A stretch of DNA of 64,000 nt from Lingula anatina. Taxonomy: Eukaryota; Animalia; Brachiopoda. The position numbers and the translations under genes are program-made. Of the stretch, positions 1 through 11,200 are shown piece by piece. Where the stretch lies: NCBI GenBank assembly GCA_051362555.1, contig CM120642.1, positions 20,460,001 to 20,524,000 of the forward strand, given 5' to 3'. The notes beneath the pieces were generated by a model, which ran no database searches, had not been told where the DNA came from, and saw only the letters and a program-made list of their open reading frames with translations. The number at the start of each line of letters is the position of its first letter. Position 1 is the stretch's first letter.

Positions 1-709
1 TCACGTCAAAAGATTTTCCTCCTTCAGCCTGCTTTAGTTGTTTCAATTTCCAGGTAGGCTTACGTTTGTTTGTGGCCTGGAAAGAAGGTACGTTCATTTA
101 ACACTACGCCACGATACTCTAAAACCTGAGGTATGGAGTATTTTAGGACTAAGCAGTGGTGAATGCATCTGCCAAAAAGACACTTAAAGTAAATTACAGG
201 GACTGTAAATGGCGATTTAGTGTTTACCAAATATAATTAACGCATTTCCCTAAAACGCCTATAATTTTCTAGTTGGCTGCCGGTGATCAATTGTGTTACA
301 AGTCCATTTTTCTTCATTTGCGTAGGATGGTGACATGTAAAACTTTCTTTTTCATTGGCATAAAAATGCAATTGTTACGCAGGTGTGGTGATTTCATGAC
401 TTGATGAAACGTGCCCTTAAACATGATAGGCCTACATGGTACAGGTTTTCTAAAAGGAAACGTATTGGTATGGTTTCGTGAAAAAGAACCGTTTATGGAG
501 TGTAATGGATGTAATGGAGAGGATATGTATACATAAAAACAAGAAGAAATAGCTATTGTCCTTCGGTGCAGTTTGGAGAATTTTGCAATGACCGCGGGGG
601 AGGGGGGGGGGGCATTGATCACACTTGTCTGTCCCTTTGCTAAAAATATACAGGTAGGCTGAATTCGCCATTTTGGAAAAAGGAGTTGCTTGCATCCTAC
701 TTTCGTTGC

Positions 710-900
710 CTGTGACAACCCGATATGTCCGACAGGCCAGATATGTCGGACACAACTGGCTCTTTTTTGTCGGACATATTTGGCCTGTCGGACACATCTG
801 GCTCTTTTTTTGTCGGACATATCTGGCCTGTCGGACATATCTGGCTTGTTCTCTGGTCGTAGGACATATCTGGCCTATCGGACATATCGGGTCGTCACAG
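710..900. mobile_element. MITE-like element with ~38-bp terminal inverted repeats and internal subrepeats
   Basis: CTGTGACAACCCGATATGTCCGACAGGCCAGATATGTC (710-747) matches the reverse complement of 863-900 with 2 mismatches; interior is copies of TGTCGGACATATCTGGC. Confidence 0.75.
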
Positions 901-994
901 TCGCCTCCTAAAGTAATATATGTATTCTGTCTTAGAGGCATTAAATTATATCAACATGACTTTTCCATATTTTTTCATGTTTTATTTATTTTTC

Positions 995-995
<1 letters not shown>

Positions 996-1036
<41 letters not shown>
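996..1036. repeat. (TAT)n microsatellite just upstream of the start exon
   Basis: ~13 TAT units. Confidence 0.95.
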
Positions 1037-1055
1037 GTGCATCACGCAGACAGCA

Positions 1056-1167
1056 ATGGCAAGCAGAAAAAGCCTCTTAGCTGTGGTCACTGTGCTGTTT
1101 TGGACATCACTGGTCGCAAGCCCTCTGCAGAGTTTTATTCATCATATAAATAAAAGACAGCTTGGTG
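1056..1167 (+). CDS. Exon 1: signal peptide and short propeptide ([37 protein letters not shown])
   Basis: GCAATGG start context; basic n-region plus hydrophobic h-region; donor G|GTAAGT at 1168; phase 1 matches the next exon. Too short for the ORF track. Confidence 0.8.
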
Positions 1168-4100
1168 GTAAGTAAATGCGTTTTTGATAATGAAGCTTGC
1201 CTGATCTTTCTGTGTATGTGTGTGTGGCCCTTGCTGTCAAATTACTCGTCTAGTTTTACTTCACGACGACACCCGCACAAGTTTTGTACTAAAGTAGGCC
1301 TATTTCATGTGAGTTCTCTCTACCTGTGAACTATACAGTATATCTTAATAACTCAGGTTACGTTAAATAATTGGTATGCATCTTTCTTTTCAATACGGGC
1401 ATATTTTTATCCAATGGTTTCATTCAGTTTCTTCTCCCCATGTGAAAGAGAATGCATCACTTTTCTAAAGTCACTAAGTGCAAGTGAAAACCTTCCGCCA
1501 TATTGAGTCTCTTTGGCAAAGAAATTCATGCAGGTGTCTTGTGGGATACGAAACGTTGGAATGGTAGTAACTCTGATATTTAGCTGTTGTTGGAAGAACC
1601 TAACATTATAAGTTTTGGTCTCTGAATTTCAAATGAAAAATAAGCCATCAAATTACAGGTGCGTCCCTGCGTTGCGGTTGCGGGGACGACGCTGCCAAAC
1701 ATCGCTGGGAGCCAGTAAGCGACACATGTCCCATGGGATGTATGACATTTAGGGTCAACGAAGGCTCGGTCAGATCCAGGGAAGGGAGAGACTATCTCAT
1801 CAGCAGAAATGAGGCTCGGTCCTACTGCGCAGAAATAGGTGGCAGACTGGTCGATAACCTCATCTACAGCCTGCAAGACACGCCCCGTTGCTGGTCTGAC
1901 CTGGAGCACTGGATCCAAGGTGCAGGTAAGTGGTGGTCAGCGGTTTCCTGTGGACATTGCCTTTTAGTATAGGGACTCGGTGGGGCTTTACAGGGACCTT
2001 ATACGGGGTTTTCTCCACCAAAAGCGACTTTCCCATGAAAAGAGAGCTTTCTACACAAGAAGCACTACTCCATCCGACCCTGCGCTTGAATGCGACGTTT
2101 AATGTCATAATTACGTAATTAAAATAGTTCTAAAATGTTTGTAGTAGGCCTAACGAAAATATCGCTATGCCCTTTGTACGTTTCATAATAAAAATATCGC
2201 CACCAAGTACTTTAATTTTAGTTCTAACGTATTTTGTGTCTGAAATGGCACATACAGTATGTGCAGCTTAAATTTGCACGATATATGTAGATCTACGAAA
2301 TGGGACAATTTCAAACCCGAATAGATTCAGGGCAGCAGATTATCATTAATGATTTGACAAAACATAAGTGATATATGTATTTTGTATTTTTAATTTGTAT
2401 TTTGATACATGTATTTTTTATACCCATCCCAAACTGATGTATAACTATACGTGTATAAGCATGTACATCTTTTATGTTAACGTATTTCACGAGCCTCTTC
2501 TACGTACTAGTACGACCATAATGAGAGAGAGAGAGAGAGAGAGAGAGCAAAAACAACTGCCAATTTAAATGCCTATCTTCCATTTGTAGGATATGTGGAT
2601 CCTTTTCCTCGATTCACGCAACCCATCACTTTCTGGACAGGAGGGGTTGTAGAACAAGTGTTAAATGGCGGACAAAGAATTCGAGTGAAGTGGAATGGCG
2701 GTACAAACTATTTAGAAAAATTATATACATGCCCTACTCATGCACATACTGTTGATTGGACCATTGGTTATAAGACCTACAAAACGATATTCTTTTATGT
2801 TTAAAGTAATTTTCTAACCATACTTACAAACACTGAAGTTACCAGTATGCAGAATTCAAATATACATCTATGGCCAGGTCATTTTAGTCCCATACTCCAT
2901 TGTTTCCAGTTGGAAATAATGAATACAATATTTGTGTCCGTGATGTGTTTCATTTTAATAGAGCTCAAGATACCCCTATACTGTATGAATGTGAAACAGA
3001 ACAGAAACAAGATAACCAATTCTCTTTCATAGGTCCCGTCGATGTTTTGGACCTTCCTAAAATAAGTGTCGGTACTCCGAAGAAGGGCGATTCTTTAGTG
3101 CTTCGCTACAGCGGCAGCAACAGGGCCGTCAGTGCCACTGATCACAGGCTAGCGTTCCAGTTTACCAACAATGGGAACGATCTTCACTTTCCCCTCTGCA
3201 GCAGAAATTGTTCTGTTGGTAAGACTATAATCAGAAGGTGTATATTTTTTTTTATTTGTTTGTGTGATTAATTATTTTTCATTTGTTAAATTGTCTGTTT
3301 GTATGAATGACGCTTTATCTTCATTATCTTCTTCCTTTTCAGCAACATTAAATATTTTGTTTGTGTTTATTATTCAATCTTGTCCTGTGAACAGTCTTTG
3401 CCACCCCTCTTTTCAGACATATGTGACGACCCAACTGACGTGATGTTTATTCTGGATGCTTCTAGCAGCGTTCTTGACGAAAATTTTGAAAAGATGAAGG
3501 CCTTCGTGAAAGAAGTCATACATGGCTGGGAAATAGGAACAGTTCGCGCCGGAATGATAACGTATGCATTGCCTGCTTCCACAAAACTGGAATTCGATCT
3601 GAAAACATATCTCAACAAGCAAGAACTGCTTGAGGCTGTGGATGAAGTTGTCTACACAAGCTGTCCTCCGGAAGCGGAAGCGTGCACCGCCACCGGGAAT
3701 GCGTTGAGGTTAATGAGGCAGACGATGACCCAAAACAGGGCGGGGATTCGAAATGACGCGCCCAAAATCGCAATTATTCTCACCGATGGAAATACTAATA
3801 TTGGTAATGCTAAATCCTTATTAGCGAAATTTTTGTCTCTGGTAGATGTAATAGCTTAGTTTTCAGCTTTTCTTTTTTTGTGTTTCAGAATTTCAATATA
3901 CGTCAACGAAACAAATTATGTTCGAAAAAAACGCGTTAAAGCAGATTTTGAATACATCTCATACTTTTTAATTGTTTTAATTCTGGTTTTATTATTTGTC
4001 TTTCGTTTGCACTTATATATGGATACCTGCCACGGTATCAGTTCAGCTCAATTTTAACAGTTTTAAAAATGCATTTTAAGGTCTTAACAGCACGGAAGAA

Positions 4101-6204
4101 GCCATCAGGGCCAAAGCAGAGGGGATTGCTATTTACGCCGTTGGTATTGGTCCTGATATCGACTACGAAGAATTGGTTCGGATCTCGGCTTTTGAACCAA
4201 AGAGAGTTGCTCAGACAACATTCGGCTTGTTGCCGACATTGATTAAGTCTGTTTCAAAGAGGGCTTGCAGGGGTAGGTAAAATGTGCTTCTGATGTTGAT
4301 ATATTTGTAAAGTAAATTCTAATTTTAGAGTAGAGCTACACCTCTCATTTTAACCAAAAAAATTTTGCCCGTGCAAAAAAGTCACACAACTTTCTTTCAT
4401 TATAAAGAATGAAAGCATTTTTGAGCGTATTGTGTAGGCCTACAATGTGCGTCGCTGCATGTAAATATTAAAAGTTTGTCGAATAATCCTTAATCTACGG
4501 GACTTAAGAACTTTCTATACCCAATCTGTTGACACATATTTCGATTTCGTTAACACAGTGGGTATACTGATTATTCTTTTTTTATAAGAACAGTTCCGTA
4601 CTGAACTATCGGGGTATGGACAAATTTGTTATTAGATTTGGGTGGAACATGCTATTTCAACACTGTATATTCTTCAGGTGTATCATTTTAATTCTGTTCA
4701 TTTTTATTTTAGCTTCAATGTCTTTAAGTGCGGTAGTCTTCCATTCAAAACTTTTCTCACATTTAATTTGCATTTGACATTTCTATGGATATCGTATTTT
4801 TGTAATTCTAAAACAATTACACGTTTTGCCTACATAGTAATTGCAATGATACTTACATTTAATCTAATGTGAGAGGAAGCTTCACGCGTGCGGTGAAATC
4901 TCAATAGAGCATTACAATCTTGATGTTAATTTTCAAGTTCTTCTTAAAATTCAATACACAGGCAATATGTAGGTTTAATATATCATTTCAGGTGACTGCG
5001 TACCTGTCCCGAGCACCACGTGTTCAAGTAAGTCTCCTGGCGTTTCTGTTATTGCCTTAATTGTCAATAATCATGTAATATTCAAAACTTGATGTGAGTT
5101 GCGGTCGTATCTAGTTATCTAATACGACCTGAGTAAACGTTTTGGCAACATCATTTAGGAAAATGTTATGGCACATGTAATCTTTATCCCGCATATCAAT
5201 TGGTCACAAGAGCCGAAACCCCATAAACAACATCAATTTTGCAGATAAATGCCCATATCTAAGGTTTTACAGTTATTTGCTGTTATTAGTGTAATTTGAA
5301 ATGTGCCTCTCAAACTATGCATATACTTTTGGAAATAGCAATATATCTCTAGTCACAAATACATTCATGGAGCCAAATGTTCACAAGCACAACAAAGCTT
5401 AGTTTTTGCTCAAAATGAAAAAAGAAATAATTCCATATGACTGATATTGTCATTTAATTGATCTGTCATTTCATTTTGAAGAATGTATGCTAAGGTACAA
5501 CTGCGAGGCCAACAAATACAGCATTCCTCTCCAGTGTCCGGATGACTCAAGTATCAATGTGCTGGGCTTCTGTAACGCCGGGGACCTGACGTGCCTGGAT
5601 CACAATCAGAGACATAATCCGCTCCTGGTGTTCGCGCGAACCCAGTGTGATGGCAAGAGCGAGTGTAAACTGGACGTGATACAAGACTGTCTGTCACCGT
5701 CACCGCCTCCGCCTCTCAGAGTGAATTATATGTGCTGCGAGTGTAAGTATCATTATTATTAAATATTATGTTATGAAGCAATGTCTTTATTAAAGCTTTT
5801 TTCGTAGTAAGGGCGATTTTTTACCGCAGTTTTATCTCACTAACACTAATACAGAAATACAAATAAGTAATCACATGATTTATTAACTGGATTTGTGAAC
5901 AGAATTTTTTTGTCCAGTAGATATGAAAAATATACTGTATGCTTGCAATTTAAAGTTCAAGTGTAATATGAACATAATTAGCAGCTGCCACACTGACGGA
6001 TAAATCATAACCTATCGAAATTTCACCGAATGATGGAGCAAAATGGATTGTTTTCAGCGACCATTAGTTTGTGTCCATGTCCCTGCTCTCCTAACCCGTG
6101 TAATAATGGCGGACAATGTACTCCACTCACGGAGCGGAGTTACAAGTGCGCCTGTCGCCCTGGCTTCACCGGACTGAACTGCGAAACACGTAAGTGAAAT
6201 CTTA

Positions 6205-6235
<31 letters not shown>

Positions 6236-8223
6236 CGCGCGCGTGTGTGTGTAAGTGTATGTGTGTAACATGTATCTTGCCCTATACTCATTTAACTGAA
6301 TTTGGCCAATTTTGAGTATTAGGAAGATAAGATAAGCAGCATATGCACCTGCATGCGAAAAAATTGAATGCTTGTTTCTTTGAACGTCGTTATTATCTTT
6401 ACCTTCTTCAACCAGCATTAAAATCTGAACACCAACTGAAACAATATTGTCAATCTACCGGTATATTGCCCACCGTCACTTCCAGATTTATGTGCAAGAA
6501 CAATAACTTGTGGGACCGTCACTTCAGACACTGATTGACTTGCTACATACGTGACTGCTTGTTTATACAACTGCTACTATACATGTATACTGAAGTACAA
6601 TTTAAAATATGTGTCATTTGTCTTAAGACAAAATTGCCGTCGTTTTCAGCACTGTTCTGCGCAGATTCTCCTTGTCTCAATGGCGGCACGTGTCAGGCAC
6701 GTGATGATGGCTGGGGGTACTACTGCGACTGTCCCGTTGGTTACTACGGCTTCAAATGTCAACATGCTCGCACGTGCACATGTGCATGCGCGCCAAATCC
6801 ATGTCAGAATGGCGGCGAATGCAGCGTCGGGGAGAGAGGTGGACCGAGCTGCAAATGTCGGCCTGGGTTCACTGGAGCTCTGTGTCAAACATGTAAGTAT
6901 GGAAAAAAGAAACTCCGCAGTCTGGACTAATCTGATGTTTTTTCATTGCTTAATTTTCTATAGTAATGTAGATATTTACATTAATTAACGAACGGAAAAT
7001 GCATACATTATATTTAGATAGATTCTAGGCTACTTATTTTACTCAATGTTTTAACTGAAATATTCATACCGGTTTAGTTTTTTGAGTTTGAATATTGTTT
7101 TCACTTTTCTGTACACTTCAGTTCTTTATAAAAACTTTCATTATCTCCTGCAATGTGCCGTGATAGTTTTTATAAAACGTTGCAAAATTAAATATCGATA
7201 GATACAGCAACTAAAAACAGGCCAGTAGTTAACACCTATAATTATACCCTATTTCAGCACTAATCTGCAGGGGCAGTAACCCGTGCCAAAATGGGGGCAC
7301 CTGCGTCGTGCGTGACGATGGATTTGGCTATTGGTGTGAATGCCCATTTGGTTACTATGGTTACGCTTGTCAACATAAACAAGCCTGTCTGCCCAATCCT
7401 TGTGTGAATGGCGGTACCTGCATGTCTCTGTCCACGGGGGGATACACCTGCTCCTGTTACCCGTGGTTCACCGGAGAAAACTGTGAAAAATGTAGGTGCT
7501 TTTAGATTTGCTCAGTTTCAGATATCTCATCGGGGGTGTATCCAGTAATTTCAAACAGGGCCTTTTACCGAAAAAGTACATCTTTTTACCTGCTTCGTTG
7601 ACCGAGTTGAGATTAAAACTAAGATCTTTGATGTACAGCGTTCCTTTCCGTCGAAAGAGCGTTTTTTTCCAGATTCTAAGGGCCTGTATTACCATTTTTA
7701 TATACGAAAATAAACTGTGTGTGTGTATTGCTAGATTATATAGTTTTTTATTATATTGATGTGCATTACACAGTTGACTTTGTTTTTAGCTCAGATCTGC
7801 GACCCTAACCCCTGTATAAACGGTGGAACTTGTGTGTCTTCTCACAACGGTCACAATTTCTATTGCGATTGCGAGTTTCCTTTCTTCGGGGAAGTATGCC
7901 AGCTGAGTAAGTTGTTACTTGATCTTTTTACTATAGTGCGATGACAGATGGAGAAAGTGGTTTAAGCTATTAAGTTAAAAGTCTGTATATTTTTTTTCAG
8001 CTTTTACATGCATCAGGTTAATTCTTATTTTGTTCCTGCAAGTTAGTTTATTTCACTGTTGAATATGTAACGATGCCTGGCTGTAATGTTGCATTTCGGT
8101 CATAACTATTCAGTTGCAGTGAGAGATCTCAAAACAGATCGATTATTTGTGTGCGATGTTTGGTTTAATTATCCAAATATGATTTGCCATGTACACATTG
8201 CTACAAAGTTGCCAAAGCACATG

Positions 8224-8289
<66 letters not shown>

Positions 8290-11200
8290 CGTTCGTGCAT
8301 GCGTGTGTTTCGGTAGTAGGGGGATTCTCAAAGTCACTCGATTTTAAAGAAGTGTTCCTATTATCGTTGTATATTATCGTTGTATGTTATCGTCATAGGT
8401 TTCCAGAACTACATTACGACCCTAATGTTAACCAGCCCAGTCGTTTTTGGTGCCACGGGTCCTCCAGGACCAGCTGGCCCTACTGGTCCCACGGGCCCAA
8501 GCGGAAGCGACGGAGAACCAGGAGCTAGTGGCCAGACCGGCTCAACGGGGCGAACAGGGGCCAGAGGTGAAACCGGCCAAGACGGTGACGATGGACCAGT
8601 GGGTCCCGCCGGACCAACAGGGGACCGAGGACCCATTGGAGAGACAGGTACAAGCTATTTGTTGGTTTGTTAGGTGTTAAAACGAGTAAAATGCTGTAAA
8701 AAAGAATAAAGCAAGTATGGGTTTACACACTGAAAAGACACGCATTTAATTGATTTTACGATGACAAACTTCGTTATAATCGTAACAAATTTTCACAAGT
8801 GGTCTGGATAAGTTCCCAAATGATTTAACAACCAAAATAATTTTAACATATGCCTTAAAACTATGCCTTGCAAAAACTTAATATCTTTCTGTATAAAATC
8901 AGAGATCTCCTTGACTTACACTGTACGATACGTCTTTAATGCACCTATACGATATTTCAGGTCCGGCCGGACCTCAGGGCTCCAGAGGTGATCGTGGCCC
9001 AACTGGTGTTTCCGGAGAAACCGGCTCCGCGGGAAGAGACGGCGAACCCGGGCGACCAGGGTCAACTGGCTCCACCGGGCCACAAGGACCAGCTGGGGGT
9101 GCAGGGCCTCAAGGACCCACTGGACCTGCTGGACCCAGAGGCCAGCAGGGTGAAATGGGTGAGAATGTCCGTCTTATTGATCTGAAGCGGTGTTTATTTG
9201 ATGCTATGTTTATACCTGGTCATCAGCTTCAGGTTGTGACAAGAATGGTAGTCCTCTAGGAGCCGTAGTCCATTTCTTGAAACAAGTTGACATTCGTTCC
9301 ATATGCAAACCCCTATAATTCCACTTACCCTAACCCGTACCAATTAAATGGGACCCAGCACTTCCTGTCACACCAACATAGAGGGTGATCCCTCACTTTT
9401 GAGTTCAAAAGTGGGTCATCTTAATCCAAGTTTCCTACATTAAACAATAGATTGATCCATTATTTATTATTTTATCAACAGTTGTGAGAATTGTGCTGTC
9501 TTAACAGAGGTCTGTACTCTCCGGGTGCCTTTCTGGGTTCATATTGCTTTGTTTAAGTCGCGTTGCACTTAACACATTCCTTAGGCCTATACTTGTTTAT
9601 CTTGAAGTCGATGGATGCAAATCTTTCTTATGTTCTTCTATAGGAGAAACAGGTGCGCCCGGTCCTGCAGGCGCAACAGGAGAAGCAGGTCCTAAAGGGG
9701 ACAGCGGAGCACCAGGTGAACCAGGACGCACTGGTGCCCCTGGCCCCACTGGAGCTCAAGGTGTCTCCGGCGCATCTGGAAGTCCTGGGAAAGACGGCAA
9801 CCAGGGGCCTACCGGTCCTGCCGGACCACAAGGTGGGCCACGCTCAGCATGCATATATTATGTATTGTAAAACTTAAAGATATCATTAAGAATACTTCAT
9901 ATTATTTTACAGTCCTCCTTTTATAGTACTTCTGTTCTTCCTACCGAGTAAAAAGTTTTACAGGGTTTAAAATGCAAATAATCGTAGAGTTCTAGATCAA
10001 CTATCACAGACATTAGGTTTTGTATTTTCACAGTAGTTTCTTCATATGAACAGGTCCGAGAGGCCCTACGGGCACAGCAGGTGCAACAGGTGCTCCAGGT
10101 GAACAAGGTGCCCAGGGACGCCCTGGCATGACTGGAGCTCGAGGCGAGACTGGACCTAGGGGTGCTGTAGGTCCACCGGGACCAGCCGGATCAGCCGGAC
10201 CCAGTGGCAGTACAGGCCCCATCGGGCCAAGAGGGCCAACTGGGTTCAGAGGGGAAGCAGGAGAGAGAGGTCCAAAGGGAGATAGTGGACAACCAGGGCC
10301 AACAGGCCAGTCTGGTGTACCAGGCGAACCCGGACGCACAGGAGACGCTGGCCCGGTAGGGCCTAGGGGCCAAACTGGCAGTCCTGGAGTCAGTGGAGGA
10401 ACGGGTGCAGCAGGGCCAGCAGGTGCCCGTGGGCCTACGGGTGATCGTGGACCGACTGGTGCAGGCAGCACTGGACCCACAGGGCCCACGGGACCACAAG
10501 GACCTGCTGGCCGCACTGGTGCTGCAGGCGCTGATGGAGAGGACGGTCGTCCTGGACAAACTGGTGCAAAAGGTGCTGATGGTTCACCAGGCTCCCCAGG
10601 TCCAAGGGGACCTACCGGTGCACAGGGTCCTGCTGGAGATAGAGGCCTACCCGGTGCCAGAGGGTCAACTGGACCTGCAGGCCCTGAGGGTCCCAGAGGA
10701 GCAACGGGCGCACAAGGTAGTTCTGGCACGACTGGACCGCAAGGAACACAAGGGGCGTCAGGAAAGGACGGCAGCCCAGGGCCAACAGGTGCCCAGGGTC
10801 AAGCCGGAGCACCAGGAGCTACCGGACCAGCTGGCCCTGCAGGTCCACGAGGCCCCAGTGGTGCACAAGGCAGACCAGGTGCAACTGGTCCTAGTGGACC
10901 TGCTGGACAGAGTGGCAGAGATGGTTCACCTGGTGCGACTGGTGCGCCAGGTAGGACTGGAGCTAGGGGACAGACCGGTGACCGTGGTGCAGACGGGGAA
11001 CCTGGTGAAGATGGGGCTCCAGGTGCTACTGGACCAGCGGGTGCCCCTGGTAAACCAGGAGCTACCGGGGAAGCAGGTAGACCTGGTTCCACAGGTGCTC
11101 AGGGTCCTCCTGGCCCACAAGGCTTTGCTGGTCCAGCTGGTACACAAGGAGAGACTGGTCCTCCTGGTCCTCCAGGCAGTACCGGCGCTAGGGGCCAGGA

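Noticed and set aside
54-87. Possible non-coding 5' exon (TTCCAG|...GAAG|GTACGT) of the collagen gene
   Set aside because: Splice-like motifs only; cannot be supported without transcripts
710-900. CRISPR-like appearance of short repeats with variable spacing
   Set aside because: Eukaryotic context, repeats in both orientations, no unique spacers of regular length, no cas genes
314-1153. Overlapping ORFs with repeated peptides (CPTGQI, CRTYLA, poly-Y, poly-I)
   Set aside because: They are translations of the MITE subrepeats and the (TAT)n microsatellite
8984-8992. RGD tripeptide in collagen exon 14, plus several KGD
   Set aside because: R-G-D arises readily in Gly-X-Y sequence and is normally cryptic in a triple helix
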